A stretch of DNA of 63,295 nt, the filler included, from Aduncisulcus paluster (Eukaryota): the NCBI GenBank assembly GCA_024181965.1. It is 7 parts of 7 records of this genome, joined end to end, with 100 filler letters (N's around TTAATTAATTAA, not from the genome) between each part and the next. Parts side by side here need not be neighbours in the genome. Positions count along the whole stretch, not along the records: positions 1 to 25,541 come from BQXS01000140.1; 6 more parts are not named here. One strand, written 5' to 3'. The notes beneath the pieces were generated by a model. That model ran no database searches, was not told the origin of the DNA, and saw only the letters and a program-made list of their open reading frames with translations. The stretch's first letter is position 1; each line of letters starts with the position of its first letter. Both the position numbers and the translations under genes were made by a program. Positions 1 through 11,168 of the stretch are shown here, piece by piece.

Positions 1-3000
1 CCTCGTCCAATTCCTTTGCTTCCTTTCCCTTGCCATCCTTGGATTCTTCTTCTCCCTCTTCTTCGCCTTCCACCCGTTTCAACCAAGCAACTCTGATAAC
101 ACTGGCCAGTATCCTTCCAACTATTTCCCTCACCTCATCACTCTCACAGTCACTCACACAGATAGATAGGCATCCAATACAATTGCACACTAGAACAGAG
201 TGATTAGGGTGGTGTTGAACACATCTCTGCATCAGAGAGAGCAGAGGAGAGAGTGAATTCACAAGGGAAGAGGATGAAGAGGGCATGAGAGAATGGCCAG
301 TCATATCGCTTCCAAAGACAGACCGAGATTGGAGAGGAGTGGAATAGAGGGAGGAAGAAGAGCCAAACGATAGAGAAGAAGGAGAAATGAAAGCCTTCGT
401 CTTGGCAAGCTCATCACAGAACTCCATGGTGCAAACGGCGACTTCTTCATCATCAAGAAGGGGAGGAACAACAGCAGAGAGCGTTGTGAGAATCTCTTCA
501 CGCATGAAGAAAGCGACTTCTTCCCTCAAATCTTCTGCAGATGTTTCATTTGGGGCTCCAATTGGAATACCTTTTGAAGGTGAGAGGAAATAATTGGAAC
601 TACCATCGGGGGAATAAAGAATATTTTTGACCTTCCCTTCCCATCCCTTGGTTTTCTTCATAAGGTTTGTCAAGCAGGACACAAAGTTCCGAATACCAAG
701 ACAAGCAGTCTCTCTCGTGTCCCGAGCAACCATCCTTGCAGTGGCACATAGGAGAGGCAGTAATGGGACACTCACACCTCTTCCACAGGCAGCATGTTTA
801 GCAGTGATGCTATGTTTGAAAATGAGAGATAAAGTACCCAAGATAATGGTAATCTGGGAGTGGGAGGACTTTTGCTCTTCAGTATCTTTTGGTTCAGAGA
901 AAGCCTCACGCCACTCAGCTTCTTCTTTCTCTTCACTGCTCATTGTTTTGGTCTTTTTCTTCCTATCCGCAGATTTTCCCTTGTTTTTCCTCACTCTTCT
1001 CAACACTGTGATACTATGTGAAAGAAGATCGGGAGATGAGAACACAGAAAAAGCAGTTTCAAGGGGAGACATGCCTTCAATCAATTTCAACAGGGAGAAC
1101 AGCTGCATGCTCTTGGAAGACAAACATAAATATGTAAGAGAGGAAAGAGTGGATGACAAATCGGGTGAGAGAGAGGCAGAGAGAGTGCTCTCCTCACCTT
1201 GCTCTTGTGTATCTTCTCTTTGGCTTGGATATCTCGGAGAACGTCTCCCGCTGATTGTCATGGAGGAGGTAGCTGACACTGGGGGAGAAGACAATATCTT
1301 CTTAATCACATCTTTGCGATCCTCCTCCTCATCTCTCCATTTCTTGTCCCTCCACCTTCCAATTGTCTTTGACTCTTTCTCCCTTCTTCTCTCCTCATGG
1401 GCATTGACAATACTTGTCACAGTGCGAGTAATGACTGCAAGAGAGGGTTCAGTGGCTAAGCTTGGAAGAGAGGCCACACATGTACAGAATGACAAGCATG
1501 TGGCAACAATATCTCCTTCGGAAAGGACAGGTTGATGGTCACATTCAACAGTTGTCGTGCTGAGAGATTGCTTTGGCGGGGTAACTGGGGCATCAGGGAG
1601 AGATCCAGAGAGGCTATCAACAGAAGTGAAGGATGTTAAAGTCTTCAAAGGCAATTTGTCCAAGAGTTCAGAGGTGTGGTTGAATGTTTTCCGAAGAACC
1701 TCAGTCTCAATCACCTCTTTAACAAGAGAACTGCCTTGGAGATCCTCATCGTCCTCGAACTCATATTGGTCGCGCTGTAATTTCTCCTTGGANNNNNNNN
1801 NNNNNNNNNNNNTGTTAAAGTCTTCAAAGGCAATTTGTCCAAGAGTTCAGAGGTGTGGTTGAATGTTTTCCGAAGAACCTCAGTCTCAATCACCTCTTTA
1901 ACAAGAGAACTGCCTTGGAGATCCTCATCGTCCTCGAACTCATATTGGTCGCGCTGTAATTTCTCCTTGGACTCATCCTTTGTCTCATCTGAGAAAGCAG
2001 ACGCAATACTTTTCGTGGTGGCCGATGTCTTGAAACGACTCTTCTTCAGTCCTTGGATAAGCTTCGTCAAGGAGGACAACAATGTATGGGTGTGGGGTGA
2101 AATATTGTTTGACATTAATAAAATCATGCAAGCGGCTTGGAATACAAATTTGAGAATGTCGATCATATGCTGACTATTGATACCTATCTGCTCAGTCGAT
2201 TGTACAAGACGAACAAGATACTCGGAGAATGTGGCGCTACAACGAGAGAGTTCTTGCTTTCCCTCATCAAATTCCATGGCAGTTGAAAGAGCATCATGCA
2301 AAATGGAGATATTCTGCTGCATCTGCACATCTCTAAGCATGGAAACTTGAACCTTAGGAAGCAATACAAAGGCTACAGCATCACAAACAACGACGACATC
2401 GCCCACAATATTGCGGAGTTGCTGATGATCACTCACTTCAACCAATGACCTCGATACCTTCTTCAACAGCGCAAACAACTGTCGAGATATGGCATCTTCA
2501 CTCATTCCAGCCATTTCACCAGCACCTTCACGCTGTCTGAACAAGATATGTTTCAACACACGGGCACAGATACTACAAGCGCCAACAGACTCGACATTTT
2601 GGCACCTAGGGAGGCATTTAAACACCAAAGTCAATCCCCTCTGAAGTAAAGCGGCAGAGGCATTCTCATCCACTTGTTGCATCAGCAATCTCATTGTCAT
2701 TACGATATCAGAACAGTATCTGGAGGAAATAAAAGTGGAGGCAGTCTCCGAGGAAGGAATGAAAGAGGAAATGAGAGGTATCAACCTCTCAAGACTCGGA
2801 GATGAGACGAGGAATGATAATGGTTGCCTCATCAATTGATCCTTGTCAGCCAAGGTTATAGTCTTGACAGATTCTGGGAGGTGGAGGGCAACATCATATT
2901 TGGTGGAAGTACGATCAGCCTCTGCAGAGTGACACCGATTAACACAGACTTTAAACACATCAATAACATTTGCTACAAATAACTGCACGTGATCGCTTGA

Positions 3001-6000
3001 TAACACCTCGAAACAGAGATCAAACACAGCAACAGCAGTGGGTTCTTCATCTCCAATGGAGGTCAAACCAGGGATACGAGTGGAACTACCTCCAAAAGGG
3101 AGTGAAGAAGGGTGTGTATGGAACTCATCAGACGTAGATGAAACCTCAGAATCTGAAGAAAGTTCATCAGAGGCCCTATTCTTACCAAAGAGATTGTGAG
3201 ACAGAGATTCTCCGCATCCATAATATCTTGGGGACAACGCAAGGAATGTGGGATGTGAGAGAAGAAGTTGGGAGATGTAGAAGATAATATTGTTCTTCAA
3301 ACGTGAGAAGGGAGTAGATCCCATGTTAAATAGAGGTTTAAGCTTGGAACGCACCATAACAGTCATCTCTCCTTCCTTTTCAGCTTCATCCTCTTCATTA
3401 TCTGACTCAAAGTCATCAACTTCAGCCAAATCTCTCTGTTCCTCTCTCATTTCACGGAGAATATTGTTGATGAGACGGAATATGGATCCGAACTCGCACA
3501 AGGAGATATATTTGCTCCTCTTGGAATGGTCAGAACCATGATCTTCATCGTCAATGGAGGTGAATGCATTGTGGGCAGGGATGATGAGTGTAATGAGACT
3601 CTGGGCATCTTCTCCAGGGAGTTTTGGGGGTGGAAGACAAGGAACAAAAGCATATGTCTTGTTCTCACGTCTGGTGTCACTTGCAAACCGACGGAATGAG
3701 AGGGAAACGAGCATTAGAAGACAATACAATGATGACATGAAGAAAGTATTAATCAGACTCTCTTCAACATCATTGTGTTTACATTCTTCAGCCAAATACA
3801 GACACATCATAATATAATTCTTGAACAATACGAATCCATCATAACTCGTCACATATGAAGACACCTCTTTCCGAATATCTCTTGTGCTGAACGCATGTGC
3901 ACAGAGCTCTAAATGGAGAGGGCCAACAATGTACATCATCAGGGACATCATTTCTGGGTGGAAATGGATACGAGTAAAGATATTTGAGAGGAGACGAATG
4001 GCAGTTTCGAGATCAGATTGGCCATGTTCCGTGATACATGCTCCGAAAGTAATGGCCAACAAGGAGGTTGTAAGTGCTGATTCATCAGCAAATACTGAAC
4101 CATCATCTCTCTTCTGGATGCTGCAAATGAATCTCATTCCCTCAACAGTTGTGCTCAGAGATTCCACAAGAGTCAGCGTTGAACCGATTGATCCTTCGAA
4201 TAGGTGTAAGTTCTCCAACTTAAGTTCGACCATTGCCTTGGCACATTCCTCTTGATTGATGGGAGCTGCAAGGGTGAGAACATCGATAACTTCACCATAG
4301 ACATTCTTCACTTTCTGTCCAATGTCAGGTCTGTATTCATCCCATTGGGTCCCATAATAAATGGCCTCGCGAACAGCTACACAGAGTTCTTGCACAAGGC
4401 CATCATCACATGCCTGTTTAAACAAGCTATACACGTTGTTGCAAATGTATGTAAATGACGCAATGTATGAAGACAGAAGGTCGAGATAGGCAGTGAAAAG
4501 AAGGGTAAGCATCCGAATATCAGCAACAAAGTTATCGCTACTTTCACTTAAGGGATCAGAATCAGCAACCTTTCTACCCTCAGAGGAGCTGTCTTCCCCT
4601 CTATGCGACAATTCCTCGTGTTTCTGTTGACGAGTGACGATAATGTCATGCTCAATGTCAATACACACACGAATATACCTCATAAACTCTCTCAAAGCCC
4701 CAGTCAATTTGTGGAATGTTTCCATCGATTTCACAGAGTGGAATACCTCGGTAGATATACAATGCTCAAGACATTGTTTCTGAACCTTAATATACCCATG
4801 AGGACAGTGAGGTTTCTTCCCTGACGAGTCCTTTGAGAGTTCTACTCCATCATGGATCAGCTCATGAGGAGGAGTAATGGTGGCCAAGAATGAGAACAAA
4901 TGTGAGAGGGAAGAGAATAATAAAGGTGTTAAATTCTCACGAATGTTTTGTTGGATTGAGGCTAAATAATGTGGTTTGACAGAGGAAAGACTCTTCATTC
5001 CATCTTTGGATTCAATCATGAAATGGTGATGATCGTCATCTCCACCCAAGTTGCCCTCATCATCGCCTTTAACATCTACTTCAGGAATCATTAACTCAGT
5101 CTGACCTTCATCCACATCATACGTGTCCATCTCCTTGAGTTTGAGGATTTTCATTCCCATCATCAATCCAATTGTCAAGCTTTTGAGAAGTCCATGAAGA
5201 GAGGATATGTGGGAGGAGCAGAAATGAGGATCGCGAAGGTCTTCAACTCCTTTAATACGGTTAATCCAATCAAGTCTGGCCCGATTCATAGTAATGGTTT
5301 TCTCATCAATCTCATCGCCACTGATATCGAACAGACTCCAACGTGCCAACTGGACACACAAAATGAACTGCTCCACGCGTTTCTTCTTCCTTTCTCCTTC
5401 CTCCACAGACAGTGGAAGAGTCCCATGCATTTGAGAGGAATTAGGGGACATTCCGAGGGAAGAAGTGGAAGAAGACAATGACATGGTCGAAGAAGGCGTC
5501 GAGGAGAGAAGGTTGGGTGATGATGAACCTTCGTGGAGGCTCTGGAAGGATGAGGCTCCGGGGAATGAAGATCCATGGATAACCTTCTTTCCAAAGTTGA
5601 GGAGTTTGGTTACAAAGTCCCAGAATTCTACGTATTTACAGTTCATGATTGAGTGAACATGATGTTTGGACTTTCTTGCTTTCCCTTCAACGACCTCCAC
5701 TGTCGACATCCTCATAATTAGCACAGCAAGAGAATGAATCGAATCGCCAAAATCGTCCATCATCATATCCTTTGGAATGGTGAAGAGAAGAGAATAGGCC
5801 TGGGAAGTACTAATACTGTGGCTTATCTGGGATAATATGGATATTAAGAAGTGGATGAGGGTATAACTTGATTCGTCAACAAATGAGGCACTATCACTGT
5901 CATGTTCACTGTCTTGAACAGACTTATTCTCCTCCTCCTCTTCTTCCTCTTCCTCTTCCTCCTCTTCCTCCTCTTCCTCCTCTTCCTCAAGCTCTTCAGA

Positions 6001-8338
6001 ATCTTCTGGGACTGACTTGCCGCCGTCAGAGTCTTTCCGTGAATTAGACTTTGACTTGTCCTTCTTCTTTCTATCTTTATCAAGGCTGGAGGGCTGTTTC
6101 TTTTCTATTTGACTCGTGAGATCATGGTATTTGATTGACAGTGTCTCATGGATCCGTACTAACAAACCAATCTCTTTCAATAGGACTAAAGCGGTAGAAT
6201 TACGAGAAACATACTTCATGACTTCATTATAGCATTTTTCAGGGTGTTCAATCACAAAGGAACATAGTGATTTCCGAAGGATTCCACTCCTTGTCTTGAG
6301 AATGTACAAGGCTGTCGAATATCCAAGATGAGACAGAGTATTTGACATCGAAGCCGATGAGGACTCCTCATTTCCACTGACATACATGGTGGACACGGTT
6401 TGAATTGTGTTCATGAGAGTGGACAGTGAATTGAAGATCGACTCAAGATTGGGCTCCGCAGTGTCAATATTGCATGACATCTCAAACATTTCTTCAACAA
6501 GACACAATGCACAGCACACACACAACACAAGGTCCCATTTATCCTCAATGACACAGCTTCCAAGACCTTGGGAAGCATACGATAGACGTACACTCTGTGA
6601 GGAGGATCTGGGAGTCTCCGAGGAACCTACAGTACCTTTGCTTGAGTCTGAGGGAGCTACCAAAGTTTCAGAGGTGGACTTGGGCCACTCTTCAGCCTTG
6701 ATGTATTTTATAACCTCACCAAAGAGATATTGGCATCCGGTAAGGCCCAACACCTCTCTGCAAACAAACATCTCTTTCTTTGTTCCACTGCGACCCTCTT
6801 CAGGTCCGTGCCGATGTCCAGGCCGGAAATGATCGAACATACTCCCACTCACGCCATCGAAACAAATGTTACAAGAAAGCAGCAAAAGCGAGAGTTTCCT
6901 GATAACTGCAGTCGATTTTGATATTATTTGGTGTGGTTTAGATGACTGAGCACTCAGTAATGTCATCAAGGAGGATGTCAATAAAGAGAAAAAGCATGAA
7001 ATGACACGAGATGGAGAAGATACAGATGTAGTGGATATACTTGAGCCAGAACCTGACGAGGACAATGGTTCAGATGTATCTGAGAGTTGAAGCTCATCGA
7101 CCAATAGGTTTCTGGATGTAATATTCCTAAATATGGAGTAAACAATCGTCATACAATACTCTGCGAGGGAACTATCTGAGCAGAATGACAAGAGCATCGG
7201 AATAAGGGAGTGGTCAGCTATCGAGGGCATTGATGGGATGGGATTCTCAGTGGACGTCGTTGGGGGAGAATCGAAAGAAGTTCTATAGTCTGCATTCACA
7301 ATGTTATATAGAGTCTCGATAACAGGGTGGTACACTGGCTCAAAGGAGGCGTGGGACCACAATAACCACACACAGAGCGATACAACACTGCAGGGAGCAG
7401 TACTAACCATGGCAGCACTGGGATCACTGGAGCGAGCTTGAGAAAAAGCATGTTCAAATAATTTGATGCCTGAAGAGTATGGAGGAACATACGTTTGTTC
7501 GGATTTTACCTTTTTGGGGTCAACAAAAGGTGCGTCAGAGGACGAAGAATCCTCTTTCAACGTTGATGATATGGATGATTGATCAGAAAGATAAGAACTT
7601 GGAGGATGAATAATTGATGGGATAATGGCTGACCAACGCTTAATTCTAGCCTGACTAAGAGTAGCTGTTCCAGGAATTCCATCAGGATTATCCTTAAATC
7701 CAACCAAACTAGATGCTGTCCGCAAGAGTCTAGCAATATTCTCACAGACTTGCGCATCACGATAATGATTGGTCATTATTAATGATAATATTGTTGTTAA
7801 TTCAGAAAGAAAGTCTGGACATCCTGCACCATCAAAAAGATGGCAAATGTCATTCAAATATTTAATAGCGCCAATACAAACATCAGGATTTGTCGCATTT
7901 TGTGGAAATTTAACAAAATTTGATATAGTATTAACAGTGGGTAGGTGTTTTTGAGTATATGAGCTGACTTTATCAGTTGTGGCTAGTGTACGAACAATAT
8001 TAAGGATTTGAGTCGAATTTTCTGTTTTTAAAGTCGGCTCATTTAAAGCTTCTGACAATACTTGTAAGACTTCGAGCTGGATAAACTCATGCCAGTCAGT
8101 GGCATTGGAGGGAGGAGTCGTATCGATAAAAAATTTAACACTTTGGCATATTTCGGGAATAATTTTCTTTAAACCTTTCTTTTTGAGCTTTTTCATCAAT
8201 TTATCCAGGGATAATATTGCAGCTAGAGAAGATATTGCGAAAGAGATATTTTAAAGGATTAGAAATATAATATTTACGATAATGAATGTGAATAATGGAT
8301 TTATATTAATTGCACATACTTGCTTTTGATTTTGACAT
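1..8338 (-). CDS. Very large hypothetical alpha-helical (HEAT/ARM-like) protein, about 2,690 aa visible, runs off the left edge; one 5' intron
   Basis: ORF 1711..8199 is broken only by the gap duplication 1634..1792 = 1813..1971. Collapsed, the frame continues (LDKLPLKTLTSFTSVDSLSGS...) and was open where I translated it, near 1630 and in the first 300 nt. Exon 1 ATGTCAAAATCAAAAGCAA (8338..8320) splices in frame to 8222, giving MSKSKATAILSLDKLMKK. Poly-Glu tract near 5930-5987. Confidence 0.85.
1634..1971. other. Scaffold-gap flank duplication (assembly artefact); same pattern at gaps starting 10854, 27163, 32783, 34588, 43746, 48078, 50948, 60769, 61782
   Basis: Every 20-N gap is flanked by a 159-373 bp direct duplication ending and starting exactly at the gap. 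Confidence 0.95.
8223..8319 (-). other. Spliceosomal GT-AG intron, 97 nt
   Basis: GTATGT donor, CTAAT branch-like motif, pyrimidine-rich tract and TCTCTAG acceptor. AT-rich with an in-frame TAA. Removal joins an upstream ATG in frame to the long ORF. Confidence 0.8.
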
Positions 8339-8506
8339 TTTGGAAACTCTGCTATACAAAGAAATATTGTGGTTCGAGAAAAAGGAGTGTGTTTCGACAG
8401 GAATTTCTTAAGCTGATTTTTCTTGAACATCTCCAGCTTTTTCCCAGAAAAGATCGGATCTGTTCACTTATAATCTATTTTACATCATTATTAATTGAAA
8501 ATTAAA

Positions 8507-10317
8507 ATGAGTTCACGGAGAATTGTGGTTCCAGTTCCCGATCGCCAATTTAGCCAAAAATGCTCACAATTTTGGGAGCATTATGTTTCTGAATGTTATA
8601 AATGCTCCGGAAAGATTTTAGGAATCATTGAAAGAGAGTGCCGTGAAGCTTCGACTCATAACAGGCTTATCTCTCTTGATCTCTCCTATTCTCAACTTCA
8701 CCATGGTGATATTTTAGCTATAGTTAAGACCATACTCACCTATGATATTGTTAAATCTGTTGATTTATCCGGAAATGGAATTTCGCCAAAAACAATGAGC
8801 CTTGTTTCTCGGCTGCTTCACGGAGGAGGTACTTTAGAAATAATTAAGATGAAAGGATGTGGACTTGATCAAACCCATATGAAAGCGTTTTCCACAGCTG
8901 CAATCAAGAAAGATCAAGTCGCTGCAAAAAACTTGGATTTTTCGAGCAACAAGATCGATAAAGTTGCCTGTATAGAATTGTGTCCATTCCTTGAATCTCC
9001 TACATGCTCATTGATTTGTCTTAATCTCTCACAGAATCCTTGTAAAGATGCTGGTGCCAAAGCCATTCTTCGTGCCGTTTCTTCAGGAACTACCCAAGAA
9101 GTTATCCTCCAAAAGATCAATGCTGGTTGTTCTACTGCCAATGCTCTCCAAATTTTATTCAGTACCGGTCGAGCTTTCTCCGTCGACTTGCGATTCAATT
9201 CTATCTCGAACGATCTCCTCACTAGGGTCAAGAAATGTGAATTGGCCCGTAGAAAAGAGCTTGAGAAGCGTGTTGAAAGTGGTTTTGGTCTTTCCATGGC
9301 AATTCCAGACTCCAGGATGACTGAGATCCACCCCAGCGAGATGAGTGAGAAATCCACTGATGATGACTTGCATCCTACAGACCTTACTGGCGCTAAAACA
9401 CTCCATACAGTTCCCTCTGAAGGTGATTTGGATGCCGCATTCACTCAGAACACCATAATGTTGAAAGATGTGAAACAGAACTTCAAGAAGCTTGAAGAAG
9501 ACATTCTCAAGTGTAATGGCATCCATTCCTGCAAGATACCTAAGATTCCTCAATCGTTCTTTGCCTCCCTCGCCACTATTTCTCCTGCTGGTCTTTTGGA
9601 CTCTTTGAGTATCTTGTGTCGCTACACTCGTCGTACTTTGGCTCATTTGGAGACTCTTGAGGCTGAAAAGGACAAGAAAAACAAAGAAATAGATGCCATG
9701 GTTAAGGAAAAAGAAGAATCTAAGCAATTGGCAAAAACCAAGGACACATATATGACTCGGATGAAAGATGAAAATGATGCCCTCCGAAGAAAAGTTCAAA
9801 AGCTTATAGAAGAGAAGGAAAAGGAGGAAGAGAAAGACGAGAAGCTCGAAAGATTGAGGAGATTACAAGCCCACCAAACCAAGGAAATTGACGAGCTCAA
9901 ACTCAAACTTCATCACCAGTCGATGGCCAGACTCAAAGATGAGAAGATGCAAGACGAGTGGGAAGTGGAAGAATGCATTCAGTTGATAAGGCTGAGAAGC
10001 AGAAAACAAAGGAGAGGTTTTTGGCTCAACAGAGAATTGAAATGGAGAGGAAGAAAATGGAACAATCGAGGAGCGAGACTGACCATCAACACCTTGAAAA
10101 CATGAGTAATGATGATTTGACCGTCGATAGAAAGGTCGTATTTGCTGATTACGACACTCTTGACACCGAAGAGAAACACTTTGACGTTGGAGAGATAAAA
10201 ATAGAGGAGGACGAGGAAGAAGAGGAAGAGGAAGAGGAGGAAGAGGTCAAAGATGAAGAGGATAGCGAAGAAGATGGTGTTGTTATCAAGAAAAGCACTA
10301 ATAGTCCAGTCGTTTAA
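8507..10317 (+). CDS. Ribonuclease-inhibitor-like LRR protein with C-terminal coiled coil and acidic tail; apparent 1-nt frameshift near 9940-9985
   Basis: LRR motifs LDLSYSQL, VDLSGNGI, LDFSSNKI, LNLSQNPC, VDLRFNSI, then K/E-rich heptads. The natural-looking tail (DKAEKQKTKERF...EEEEE...NSPVV*) lies in the -1 frame (ORF 9958..10317). First ATG is at 8507. Confidence 0.8.
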
Positions 10318-10585
10318 AGAAGAGAGAAAGATGGGTTGTCTTGGACAATATTTGTAGTCTAACTAACTATTGTGACTTTATTGTTTTGGCTCTGAGATGA
10401 GCTATTTTGAAAGGAAATTCTCTTCCCTCATAATTCAATTCGATGAGATAAATAAAGTTAGTTATTTTGGAGAGGCCACAGGAAATTGAATTCGATCAAA
10501 TGATAATTGGGGTTATTCGGGACGAAACAGTTATGACAATTTGAATATTTTTTATTTATAAAATAATTCACAAAACAACCTTGTT

Positions 10586-10658
10586 GAGGGTGTAGCTCAG
10601 TTGGTAGAGCGTTCGGCTCCAGTCCGATTGGTCGGGGGTTCAAGTCCCTTCGTCCTCA
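10586..10658 (+). tRNA. tRNA-Trp(CCA) with 4-bp anticodon stem (U27:U43 mismatch)
   Basis: Cloverleaf: acceptor GAGGGTG/CGTCCTC, D arm GCTC-AGTTGGTA-GAGC, anticodon arm TTCGG-CTCCAGT-CCGAT (CCA at 10619..10621), T arm GGGGG-TTCAAGT-CCCTT, discriminator A. No intron and no encoded CCA end. Confidence 0.96.
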
Positions 10659-10660
10659 TA

Positions 10661-10677
10661 TTTTAAATTTTTTTTTT
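10661..10677 (+). terminator. Pol III oligo-T terminator of tRNA-Trp
   Basis: TTTT-AAA-T10 immediately after the discriminator base. Confidence 0.7.
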
Positions 10678-10890
10678 ATTGGGGGAATTTTTCAGCTTTT
10701 GGATGAATTACGCGCTAAATTTTAAGAAATTGAATTTATTAAAGCGAAAAATGGAAAAATATAATTGAAAAAGTTACATTTAGCAAAACAGGGAAAAGTC
10801 GACGTGTATGCGAATTAACAGGAAAATATTTCGGAAATATCAATAAAAAGTGGNNNNNNNNNNNNNNNNNNNNCACAAAACAACCTTGTT

Positions 10891-10963
10891 GAGGGTGTAG
10901 CTCAGTTGGTAGAGCGTTCGGCTCCAGTCCGATTGGTCGGGGGTTCAAGTCCCTTCGTCCTCA
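10891..10963 (+). tRNA. Second identical tRNA-Trp(CCA), probably an assembly duplicate
   Basis: Lies in the gap-flank duplication 10569..10853 = 10874..11159, which differs only in the length of one T run. Confidence 0.5.
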
Positions 10964-11168
10964 TATTTTAAATTTTTTTTTTTATTGGGGGAATTTTTCA
11001 GCTTTTGGATGAATTACGCGCTAAATTTTAAGAAATTGAATTTATTAAAGCGAAAAATGGAAAAATATAATTGAAAAAGTTACATTTAGCAAAACAGGGA
11101 AAAGTCGACGTGTATGCGAATTAACAGGAAAATATTTCGGAAATATCAATAAAAAGTGGGATATATTC

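Noticed and set aside
627-1535. 302-aa plus-strand ORF and the many other short ORFs overlapping long genes
   Set aside because: Antisense or off-frame shadows of long Ser/Glu-rich coding regions, with no motifs.
10569-11159. Tandem tRNA-Trp gene pair
   Set aside because: The duplication starts and ends exactly at a 20-N gap, like nine other cases, so it is most likely one gene.
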